From Macrostomum hystrix (taxonomy: Eukaryota > Animalia > Platyhelminthes): 64,000 nucleotides of DNA. Each line of letters begins with the position of its first letter. Positions within the stretch are counted from its first letter, which is position 1. The translations under genes and the position numbers were made by a program. The DNA lies in NCBI GenBank assembly GCA_950097015.1, contig CATNEN010000001.1, positions 7,192,001 through 7,256,000 of the forward strand, given 5' to 3'. The notes under the pieces are model-generated. The model worked only from the letters and a program-made list of their open reading frames with translations. It had not been told where the DNA came from and searched no databases. Of the stretch, positions 11,130-22,891 are shown piece by piece.

Positions 11130-12789
11130 GTAACCGGTCATTTTGGCCATAGGCGTTTTGGCCAAAAGCCATTTTGGCCTCAAACCATTTCGGCCACAAA
11201 CCAGTTCAGCCCCAAACTCAACATACTTATTTAAAGTGGTATTCTTATGGCTAATTTCTAATTTATTTAAGAGTTGTTAATTTTATTTGATAGCGACGTT
11301 GGAAAGCACAAATTTGATTTTAACAATTATTTGTAATCGGGGCAAGCTTGGAGCTTCAGCTAGCAGCCTGTCAGCTTTTTCAACAAATTTATTATCAACA
11401 ACGATACTAGTAGGCTCAAATACATTGGCACGACACCTGTCTTTGATTCGGACCTTCATCGACATGACACAGACTGATTCTCCAGGGCTATCATGAATGT
11501 GGTCTTTTCCCATTGCTAGTAAACACTCTGTTTCATTCCTTAACTGTTTAACTGGGCAAACCTGACCTGCCTTTGGATTACGCTTTGAGCAGCGCCAGTA
11601 AATAATATTTGTCTTGGAATGACTCTTATATCCAAGATGGATTCAAAGACAAATCCATCTGATGAGATCAGCTGCTGTTTCTCATGCTTCGTCCCTCAAT
11701 AAACTTTACTAAAAGTATCTTGTCTGTTGAGTTGTAGCAGGGCTCATTCTACCGCATTGTTTGGATCAGCCATAGCAATATTGTCATTGTTGTCATCTCC
11801 GCCGCCATCTTCGTCGCCAGCATCACCACCTTTGCCAGCATCGCCACCTTTGCCATCTTCGTCGCCAACATCACCACCTTCATCGTGAACTGCACTGTCA
11901 GCACAAAGCAAGCAGACCCATGAAAATTCTGCGCCTTTTAGTGTACTCTACCTGGAAATTCCTGGAATTGTGAAAATGGCAACATTCAGACAACATTTTA
12001 ATAGTGTTATCGCAAGAGCTAAAACAGCAGAAAATGAAAGTGAAAAATCTTCTTACCTGTATAACACTTTCGGTGTTGCCATTGACCACATATGTCACAG
12101 CTAATTGCCTCTGTCATTGCCTCACCTCAGAAGAACAGAAAATACACTTGCCAGACTCAATTGGCATTGTGATGCATCAGTGTTTTTGTTGAGAATCTGA
12201 CAATCTATACTTTAAATTTGATTTCATCAGTCGGCTATTGAAGTTGTTATGTTATTGATGGTTAGCTTGCATGGTGTCTGCTTAAATCTGACAGCTACAC
12301 ATTTGCATACATGCATATATGTCATGCCACCTCTCAGCCCCATAGAAGAATATTTTGCTGTATATCTAATTGTAAAATTAAGCAGTTATTTTATGCGCAG
12401 TGGATAGCTAAATGCACATGCATTGAATTGTTGATTCTCATCGAATGATGAAAGATAACTTACAGATGTACAGCCCTTTAGGCTTCAATTCATTTTAAGG
12501 ACTGCTTAAATGTGCTAAAAATTACAGACAGAACTCTTTATGTTCCATTATCTACTATTAGTAGTCCATGTAGCATTATTATGCTCATCTGTGTTGTAAA
12601 TATTGTATAAGTTGAATTTGTGCAATATTGTCGTTTAGAAAGTTAACAAAACTGAAAAGTTATGCCAAAAGAAGTTCCTTGACAAACAAACAATACAATA
12701 AAGCTGTTTAATAAGTATGTGGGCCGAAATGGTTTGAGGCCGAAATGGCTTTTGGCCGAAACTGCATATGGCCGAAATGACCGAAATTC
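11130..12789 (-). mobile_element. Non-autonomous Mutator-like (MULE) DNA transposon relic with PHD and FLYWCH remnants
   Basis: TIRs built from repeated TTTCGGCC/GGCCGAAA motifs and a near-matching 9-bp TSD (AGCAATTTA 11121-11129 / AGCAGTTTT 12790-12798). The - strand encodes a broken PHD finger (CIFC...AISCDICGQWQHRKC...WVCLLC) and a FLYWCH-like motif (IYWRCSKRN...CP...HIH). Confidence 0.8.
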
Positions 12790-14022
12790 AGCAGTTTTTA
12801 AGCTGATGTTTCTTTACTATTTGTCAAATAATTCTTTTTTAGTTGATAATTATTATTGCAATGTAGAGAAGAAATAATGTAGGGTAATTTATTTATAAAA
12901 ATGATATTTAATTACTTTTATTACACTTGCAATCTGTTATTTACAAAATCTTCAATATTTTAAAGATTTTCACTTATCCTAATTCTAACTTTGCTATCAT
13001 ATTTCTGTCTATTGATAAAATGTATTTTATGTCTTTATCCTCACCAATGCCACCAAAGTCGTCCTTGTGTTTCTCTCTAATAATCACTAAGGATTTTTAG
13101 TACCTAAGTTATTGTGTCTCAATTCTTATCAAAGTCTTTGTAAGTATGAGTAATTCCAATGTTAATGCTACCCAAGTTGTTGTATGGTTTTCTTAAAATT
13201 AGTTTTTGAGAATATAATTTATATATTTAATTTTATTGTCTGATTATATACATGCCCAACACCCTTCCAAATCAGACAGGTGAAATGGTTGCTGGCCAAG
13301 GTTGTGGCAAAATAAAAAAGTGTAAAAAGTGTAAAAAAAAGTAGTAAGAGAAAAAGAAAAGAGAGAAGAAAAGAGAAAAGGCAAGAAAAGTCATAAACAA
13401 GGTATAAAATAAGTTGTAATTAAGGGAACAATCTCAATCTGTTATTTGTGTCAGCTAATCGACCATCTAAAATGTCACATGAGAAACACTTCCAAGTATT
13501 GTGTTTGAACTTGGTATTAAGTCACAAGTTGTTTTTCCACCTTCTAATGTCACTGTATTTATGGTAATTTTCAGTCAATATAGTGGACAAGTTATATCAA
13601 AACTGAATCATGCATTTAAACAAAATATAAAATTCCATTTGAAACAAATGGTTAGCAGTAAAACAAACATCACAAATTTATATGGTAAATTTCTTAGAAA
13701 CATGTTGGTTTTAACAGATTTTTATTTGGCCTTTCTCAATTGACAAATGGTACAAGAATATGCCTGATAGCTAGTGGCTGTTTTTTATTAGTTGTAATGT
13801 GACAAACATATTTATTTAGTACAGCCCAGTGCTGTTGATTTTTTCTACTATCTTTAGAGTTTAGGTTTTTTAATATTATAATTCAAAGCTAGTCTTTTAT
13901 ATGTTATGTCAATGCATATGCTAATTGACATTTCTTTCTGAATTGAATAATTGCAGCTTGGTTTTTAATCTTGCCAGAACATAAGCAAGCTCAACAAATC
14001 TATCTGAACAACTGAATATTTG

Positions 14023-17000
14023 ATGAAAAGCTGCAGACAGCGACTTGGCCAAAACGGAATTAAGTCTGCATCAATAATTAGCATAGCATCTAGCATGACT
14101 GAGACTGACACTGGCGAACTCGATGCCACAATCAGTGCCAGCTTTGAGTCTGAACTGCGTTTACTTGTTGACGATACGAGCGACATTAATCCAACCGAAC
14201 CAGTTGGTACTTTAGCAGAGCGTCGCCATCGCGGCTTGACCAATGGCAATGCTCTCAATAATAACAATAAAATTAAGAATGCTAGCGATAGAAATGACGA
14301 CGCCACAGATGAAAACAACGACGCCGATGCCCAAGAGGAAGATTACGACTCGGACGCTGCTCGCGACCTGCTTGAAACATTCGGCTGTCCAGATGGTGAC
14401 CCTGTTGGCGGCGATTCAGCAGCTAATCTGATCGCCGGTGCCGGCGCCTCCGCCGCCCCTTCTTCGTCCGGTCGTCGGGCTTTGTCGGCCGATCATTGCG
14501 GCATCTGTAAGCAGGCTCTAACTGAACCGGTTCTATTGGCCTGCCTGCATCGCTTCGATCTGGCTTGCTTACGCAGCGCATCGGCTAGCGGCGGAGGAGA
14601 CGACTTTCTGCTGATCTGTCCGACTTGCAGTACGCCTACTGTGCTCAATCCCAGAAATGGACTGGCCGGTCTTACTCGAGATTTTCTCTATCTGCACGAG
14701 CTGGAGGCAGCGAGGTTAGTATTATTCCAAATATACCTAAATTTCATCTCTCATCTCAGCTCACTAAACCTACTTTCAAAATCCCCTAAATTTTGTGTTT
14801 TCTTTAATCCTACGTCCCATTATTTTTCCAAGATTAAAAATTGTTTCGTATCCAATATAAACTTAGTAAGAATTGTTTAATGACCAAGTAACAAACGATA
14901 ATATATAAGAATAAGAATAAATTAAGCCGGCCAAAATTGGGTCAGATGTTGCAGCCGACAGCAAAGCCGCAGCTATGGCGCATCGCATCTGAAAGCTGCG
15001 TACAGCTGTTCAGTCCATGGACTGACCCATCCTCAATTACCCCAACACATGCTGGTACCCATTTAACAGCTGTTTGAACTGAAGCAATGCAGAGTTAAGT
15101 GTCTTTCTAAAGGACACAAATTGTCCTAATAGAGTGGGAACCGAACCCCCGACCTTTAAGTCGTGAGTCCGAAGCTCTAGCCACTAGGCTACAAACAAAT
15201 GATATTGTTTTCTATTTAGGCAAAAAGGGAGAATGAACCGATCAGTAATTACAAAGATTCAAATGCCCTACCTGCTTTACAAATAGTGGCAGTAAGGGAA
15301 CATACTTGTTAAAAATAATTTATATTTATTATGTTTTGGTGACGCTGTCCTACATACGCTACTTAAAGTAGCAGTGTAAGAGTTTTTTATTTCGAGCAAT
15401 CTGACAATAATCTTCAATCAAAATGTTAATCGTTAGGTCGGTTGAGTCAGACACAGCAGCGGCAGCCGCAGCCGCAGCAGCCGCGAGCAGTCAGAAGCGA
15501 GTTCGCTGCGGCGGTTGCACCACGGGCGCCGAGGCTGTCGCCAAGTGTCGCGAGTGCGCCGATTTTCTATGCGGCTCTTGTCGCAGCGCACACTCTGTGA
15601 TGAAAATGTTCAGCAAGCATCACGTTGAAGAGATCACGCCGGAAGATTTGGAAACCGATTCACCGTTGCAGCTGCAGAAGCCAATTTATTGCTTCGATCA
15701 TCCGCAGGTGAGTTGGTTATTATGTTTTAGAGTTTAGGTAAAATATGATAAACTACGAGAAAAAAGATAAACAGGTAATTTGGAAGCTACTAGATCATGT
15801 AACTAATTAGTTAATCTATTTTTTATATAACATTCTGCATCCAATTATACCAGACCTGTTATTACTACACTGCTTTTAGGAGCAGCTAAAGTACTATTGT
15901 CAAGATTGTGGCACGCTGCATTGTCCCGAATGCGTGGCCATGGATCACAAGCAGCACGTAATTGACAAAGTTGCCGACGCCCATCCGCAGGTAAATTGGA
16001 TTACAAATATTCGAAAAATCATTGCAATATATCTGCCATTACTTTTGGGTCTCATCATTATCAACTAATCCCAAACCACCTACGCATCTTTCCAACCAAT
16101 CCCAAACCACCTGAACTCTGTACGCATCCTTCCAACCAATCCCATGCCACCTACACTTTTAAGCATCCTTCCAACCAATCCCAAGCCACCACACTTTGTA
16201 AGCATCCTTCCAACCAATCCCATGCCACCTACACTTTTAAGCATCCTTCCAACCAATCCCAAGCCACCACACTTTGTAAGCATCCTTCCAACCAATCCCA
16301 AGCCACCTACACTTTGTAAGCATCCTTCCAACCAATCCCAAGCCACCTACACTTTGTAAGCATCCTTCCAACCAATCCCAAGCCACCTACACTTTGTAAG
16401 CATCCTTCCAACCAATCCCAAGCCACCTACACTTTGTAAGCATCCTTCCAACCAATCCCAAGCCACCTACACTTTTTAAGCATCCTTCCAACCAATCCCA
16501 AGCCACCTACACTTTGTAAGCATCCTTCCAACCAATCCCATGCCACCTACACTTTGTAAGCATCCTTCCAACCAATCCCATGCCACCTACACTTTGTAAG
16601 CATCCTTCCAACCAATCCCAAACCACGTAAGTCTGTACACGCCCTTCCAACCAATCCCTATCTTTCTTGAATCCAGGTGGACGCAGACATCTCAGCGGGG
16701 CTCACACTGTTAGGCAACTCTCGCGATCGCTGGGAGCATGAGTTGTCCACGCTGCACGAGAAACTAGAAGAGATTCGCGACAGTCGCGAGCAGAATTCCG
16801 GCGCCATAGCCGAGGCCGTCGCCTCCTATCGGGCATTCGTTGAAGAAATCGGCGCCGCAGCCGAAAAAGAGAATCGACGTCTGCACGACGATCTCGAGAT
16901 GAAGGTGATGGAACTATTGGAGGCTACAAGTCGCGGCGTTGATCAAATGTCCGAGGCTGAGTTATTTGTTCGCCAGTACCGCGAGCGAGCTGGCGCTGGT

Positions 17001-19257
17001 ACACTCGCCTACGCTAGAAAGATCCTAGTAGATTGGATGGCCACACTGACACGCAATCACTGGGAGACCGGCCTGCCAACCTGTGTACCGTTCCAGGCTA
17101 ATCATCCAAGAGTTAAGGCGCTTCTAGAAGCCAACTTTGGCGTGTTCAATTCTCTAGTGAATAATTCCGCAGTTGATTATGATCAGTATCAGCAGCCGGG
17201 CTCTGCTGGTCTTCACGGACTAGGCAAATCGGCTTCTCATCACCTACTATTGGCTAATAATGTGCCCGCCTCTGTTGCCACCTCCGCTGCCGCCGGTGTT
17301 GTCCAACCGCAGGTTCTCTACGGCCTGCCGCAGGCTGCCACAGCTGCCTCATCGTCGATGGCTGAGACGCCATCTTCAGCATCGGCCGCGTCGTCTATTG
17401 TCGGCCTTCTAGACGCCGGTGTTGGCGCCGGTATTGGCAGTATGCTTGCCGCCAAGCTCAGCCTTGACGTCGGAGTAGGCGCCGTCAACTCGGGCGCCGT
17501 TGGTCCCGGCTCGCCAAACTTCGGAGTCGGCACAACGCCCAGAGCGATGACGCCTAATTCCATCGATTTCATGGGCGGCGGCGGCGGACGATCTGTAGGC
17601 AGCGGAGGCAGCGGTGGAGGAGGCGGCGGCGGCGCCAGCCTCGGCATGCCGTTTCCCAATCGCAACGGCCGCTGCTCCAGCATGACCGTGCGTCATCGCT
17701 GGGGCTCGTTGGGTTCATCGCGCGGCCAGTTCAACTCGCCGCACGGCTTCTGTCTTGGCTCGGACGAAGACATTGTAGTGGCTGACACACAGAATCACCG
17801 CATTCAAGTGTTCGATAAGACTGGCGAGCACAAATTCCAGTTTGGTGTGGCCGGCCGCGAGGAGGGCCAATTGTGGTATCCAAGAAAGGTAAGCCGGTGG
17901 TTCCAAAATGTGTGTGTGAAATTGCATTATACTGTGTGACATCAACTTCGCCTCTTGCTCTTATTGGCGCTAGAATATTGCCTGAACGCTCGCCAACACT
18001 ACACATCTACCTACAAGCCCTACAAAAGTCCATAAAAACCCTACGAATTCCTTACAAAACCTACAAAATTCCCTACAAACCCTACAAATTTTCTACAAAC
18101 CCTACAAATTCCCTACAAACCCTACAAATTCCCTACAAACCCTACAAATTTTCTACAAACCCTACAAATTCCCTACAAACCCTTCAAAATTCCCTACATA
18201 AATCCTCCTACAAACTTGTCGCACAGAAGCTGGTTCAAACGTTTCGCAGAACCAAACAATTCTATTTACTTGCTACAGTACTGCAATCAAAATAAAGTGC
18301 ACTCTGTTCCATCATCCAGGTGGTAGTGATGCGCCAGAACGGCAAGTACATTGTGTGCGATCGAGGCAGCGAGCGCAGCCGAATGCAGATCTTCACCAAG
18401 ACTGGCCACTTTCTGCGCAAGATCACAGTTCGCTACATTGACATTGTTGCCGGCCTGGCTATAAATAGTCAGCAGCACATTGTGGCTGTAGACTCAGTCT
18501 CGCCTACAGTGTTTGTTATTGCCGAGAATGGCGACCTAGTGAAATGGTTCGATTGTTCAAGTTATATGCGAGAGCCGTCAGATATTGCTATTCAGGGACA
18601 CGAGTATTTCATCTGTGATTTTAAGGGTCACTGCGTGTCCGTCTTTCAGGTTTGTTTGTTTACGGCTGCTTTTGACCTTCAGCTGGGTTTTCTCAGCCTT
18701 CCCTGAACCTTCAGCTGGGTTTTTCAGCCTTCCCTGAACCTTCAGCTGGGTTTTTCAGCCTTCCCTGAACCTTCAGCAGGGTTTTGTCTGCCTCCCGCCT
18801 GAACCTTCAGCTGGGTTTTTTCTGCCTCCCGCCTGAACCTTCAGCTGGGTTTTTTCTGCCTCCCACCTGAACCTTCAGCTGGGTTTTTCAGCCTTCTTCA
18901 AACTGCCCTTGTCCCCTTGACCGACCGAGTTTTGTACCGAGCTTCCCAATTCGTCTCTCTGCCCATTATCAGGAGGATGGGGTGTTCCTCCGCCGCATTG
19001 GCTCCGAGTCCATCACCAACTTCCCCAACGGCATCGACATCAGCGATCACGGCGATGTACTAGTTGGCGACTCGCACGGCAACAAATTCCACGTGGCCGT
19101 GTTCAACAGACTGGGCCAGCTGACCTCCGAGTTCGAGTGTCCCGCGGTGAAGGTGTCCCGCTGCTGCGGCCTGAAGATCACTAGCGAAGGCTACGTTGTC
19201 ACTCTGGCCAAGAATAATCATCACGTTTTGGTGCTTGACACTCTGTACATCAGCTAA
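14023..19257 (+). CDS. brat: Brain tumor (Brat/NCL-1) TRIM-NHL protein (exons 14023-14714, 15437-15707, 15880-15990, 16677-17888, 18320-18649, 18973-19257)
   Basis: RING-like domain, two B-boxes, coiled coil and Brat-diagnostic NHL repeats ([80 protein letters not shown]). All introns are GT-AG and in frame. The start codon is uncertain (14023 or 14095). Confidence 0.95.
14930..15195 (-). mobile_element. tRNA-derived SINE, family A (brat intron)
   Basis: Homologous to 2884-3165. Confidence 0.8.
16066..16660. repeat. 40-bp intronic minisatellite (CATCCTTCCAACCAATCCCAAGCCACCTACACTTTGTAAG)n
   Basis: About 15 units, ending just before the acceptor at 16676. Confidence 0.95.
18008..18215. repeat. 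10/11-bp intronic repeat (CCCTACAAA[T])n
   Basis: Visible tandem units in a brat intron. Confidence 0.9.
18675..18895. repeat. ~31-35-bp intronic repeat (CCTTCAGCTGGGTTTTTCAGCCTTCCCTGAA)n
   Basis: About 7 units in the last brat intron. Confidence 0.9.
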
Positions 19258-22200
19258 TTGGTTGCAAGCTTGTGTATCGTGTAAGAACAGTGTCGCCGAG
19301 AAGACTGCTGATTGGCTAAGAAGAGGATAAGTCTTATCAAACTATTTTTCCGTGCTTTTTTGTTCTCTTATTAAAAATCTTTTTTTCCGAATTTTTTTTG
19401 AAACAAAAAATTTTAACGCAAAGATCTACCAGGTTCGTTGAAATCAGTTTGGAGAAAGAACAAGTGAGGTGTGAAAAGCAAACCTGTCTTCAGGTCGTTG
19501 TCGGTTTATCTGTTCGCATGCCTATTTATAAAGTCATTCCTTTGGGTTTAGTAAGATTTTGTATACCAAATTTTGGATCGTTTTCTATACCAAAACATGC
19601 TTTCTTTAATTTAGGGTTGTCATTTTTTAATAGTCCTTAACGGTTTAATAATATTACTGCTAATAGTATGTTCCCTTTATTGTATTTCGCAAAATTGAGT
19701 GCTCTAATATGTCATACCAATCAAATAATTATTAAATTATTTAAAGTCACACATAATAAAGAAAGCCAGTTGAATATTATCTAGTGTAGATTATTTGTTA
19801 TTTATTATAATTAGTTTAGTTCATAATTCAGCGCGTTTACTAAAGTGATTCAATGCAATGCAGTCACATTTATTTCTATTTTAGCCCAGCTTATTTAGTG
19901 TCAGATGGGAAATTTTCATAGGTTTCTTTTTTTCACATTTTTGGACGTTTTGTTGGTTTAAATAGCAGGTTGCTAGGCTAGCTCTAGCCTCTATTTATTT
20001 ACTAGATCTGATTTGTGCAATCGAATTTAGTCGAGTTTTTTTCTTAAAAAGCCCCTTCACAGAGTTAACGTTTATTTATTAGTAAAAACTTGGACATTTA
20101 TTTACTTAGTAACCCAAAGTAAAAATGCTCGTACAATTATCTTATTCTGTTGAGACAGACAGGCTGTTTGGCTTAGCAACTAATCTTTTGCCTATTTTTC
20201 CCTTTGCTAGGGCTGAGTAAAATATTACTTTTAATTCACCCATTGTCCCTGTTGCTATTTTGATTTTTTGTTTTTATTAACTTTTTTTTCTAACTCGATC
20301 ATCTTTTTGTCAGATCTCTAATAAATATCCAGTTGGTGTCCTTCCCAAAAGCAGAAGACTTTGTTCGAGAACAAGCATTTCAGTATATACATATACATAT
20401 ATATATATATTAACTCCAGCTACTTAGAAGTTGTTGCTTTGCTACAAAATAGTGTTAGTTACTACTCAGATATCCATTTGTGACTAGGCTCGTTTGGTGC
20501 AATCTGTTCGTGTACACTCATTCTCCTTAATCTGTCTTTTTTCGGCCCCTGAAACCATTGTTTTTGCTCTGCTAGTTTTCTGTTGGTAGATAAGCAACAG
20601 ACAAAATCTTGCCCAATGATATCGAGTGATATTATTTGCGAATATAATCAGTTACCAGGTTATGCGTAACAAAATAAACAGTTTAGGCCTAGTAAACATA
20701 GTGAAAATATGAATTAGCAATATAAGAAACTAATATTCCAATCTTGCTTGTGTTTTGTTGAGTACGCTTCCAAAAATGCTTGTTTATCCGTTTGTGTGAG
20801 TGTTTTTTCCTCTTATACACAATTATATGTATCTTATTTACAAGACTTTTAATACACATAGCTAATATCAACTAAAGGGGCTTTATGTCTATTTCCGTCG
20901 TGTTTTTCCTCTGCTTTTTTTAATCAATAACCCCAAATCTCTCAAAAAACTTCCTCAGTCTATGAAGTATACAAAAAGTCATTTTCTAGTTTACCTTTTT
21001 CTAGACTGTCACAGTTATAAGGTTCTGTATTTATTTGGTTGGTTATTTTATATTTTAGTAACCCATTTGTTTGTTATACTCGTATTTCGGAAAAAATAAT
21101 CCATTGCAGTTTTTAAACCTCAGATTGATCAGAAAGCCTATATATTTCAGTTTATTTTTGTCTTTTTTTTCTATTTGAGTTAGATATGTAGAAAGTAACC
21201 CAGGTGTGTTTTTAGGCCAAGGTAGATTTGGCGATATTAACAACAATAATTTATCTCCGTATTCGCTATTTTATACGCGTTGAAACGAACACTTTCATTT
21301 CTTTGTTTATCTATTCTTTTCGGTTGTCTTATAATTACTTATATTGAGAAACAAAATCATACAAAAAAGTTTTACACAAGTGGTCCCTCCTTTTTGTTAA
21401 AGTACAAATTCGAACATTAGTTAAAGTATAAAGCTAATAACTCTTTGACCGTCTTCGTTGCTGTGATTATCAGTTTATACGGTTCATTCTTCACCGCAGC
21501 CTAATGACTTATATGTTGCCACAGCTTGTTACCGTTTTTTTATTCTACCTTTTTGTCCTCTAGAACGAGTTTTCGGTATAAAATAATCTTATTACTACAA
21601 GTATGTAATAAGTATAATAAAAGTTAATTAAAAATCCATCTTCAAATTTTCAGTCGTCAATTTTAAACTTTCAAGCGAGCCTTTTTTCGCAACAGAAAAT
21701 AACTTCTTTCGTAAGGTTTATTACCTAATAATAACTAAGTTCTTTATTATAGTAATCAATAAACTATGTTTCGCCAAAGAGAATTTATCCAGTTGTTTTA
21801 ACTTGGACCTTTTTGCGAACAGTTATTATTATTATTATTATTATTAATTAGTTCTACAATAGGACTTTTTGGTTCCACTTTTTTGCCCCAAACCCGTCAC
21901 TTCCCAAAGGCAAGTGTTTTTCCTGTTTTTTTCTCACTCGCTATAACTTTACTGTATTTCATCTGTGCGTTTATCATTAATAAGAAAGCTATAGCAGTTT
22001 CATTTTTTTATTTTCGTTGCCGTTTTAATTTTTTTTAAATCAATCAATTTTTCGCATAGTATGTACTTCTGTCTCGTCTGTCTTTTCTCTCAATTTTACA
22101 GTTCTTTTTTTGTACTGCGTGTATCCGAGTGTTTCTGGGCCACTTACAAGGCTGCAGTGAGTCGATTTATTAAAGCCATTCTAGTAGACACAGTAATTGA

Positions 22201-22891
22201 GAGCAGTCAATTCCCAACAACAGCCGTCTATTGTCTAATTCTAACAAATCATTTCAATCTCGCAGAGAAGAAAATTAGTGGCATCATAGTATTAATGACT
22301 TTTTAATTAGTTAGGGTACAAGGACGCTGAACTTTATAAGCCCGTTTACCCATTACACAATACATAATTATAATAAATTTTAATATTAATAACGGTTGCT
22401 ATTGCCGCTTCGTTCTTTTTTCTTGGACATAAAATTTCAAATTTTCAAGTCTTTGCTCGTTGTTATTTTCAAGTAGAATAAAATAGTAACAGGTAAGACA
22501 GTCAAGCTAGCAAGAATTCTTTCAGAGCATGTAATTTCTTTATTATTAGCTATCTTAACTGGGTTCTGTGGTTAGTTAAGTTAAATCAGAGAAAAAAGCT
22601 AGTAAATGAGACATCAAAACTGCTCCTTCGGCGCAGAATGGACTACTGCATCTTGAAGCTCTATTCACAGCAGCTAACTAATCTATAAGTGTTGGCAAGG
22701 TAGGTTTTAATATGTTGAAATCATAGAAAAAGGTAATCGATGCAGCATAAAAAGAGAACTAGAACAAAAGAGACTTATAAGGTGAGTAAATTCCAGAGTA
22801 AAATTCTAGATTTTCGAGAAAAAGAATGTGCAGTCAGATTCAACAAAACCTTATCGTCGTTAAATTCTTGAGAGCATTAGTATCGCAGTGT

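Noticed and set aside
13965-17945. Antisense ORFs over brat (and similar ones over NWD, AASS and the TRIM-like gene)
   Set aside because: Shadow ORFs of GC-rich coding exons with no motifs.
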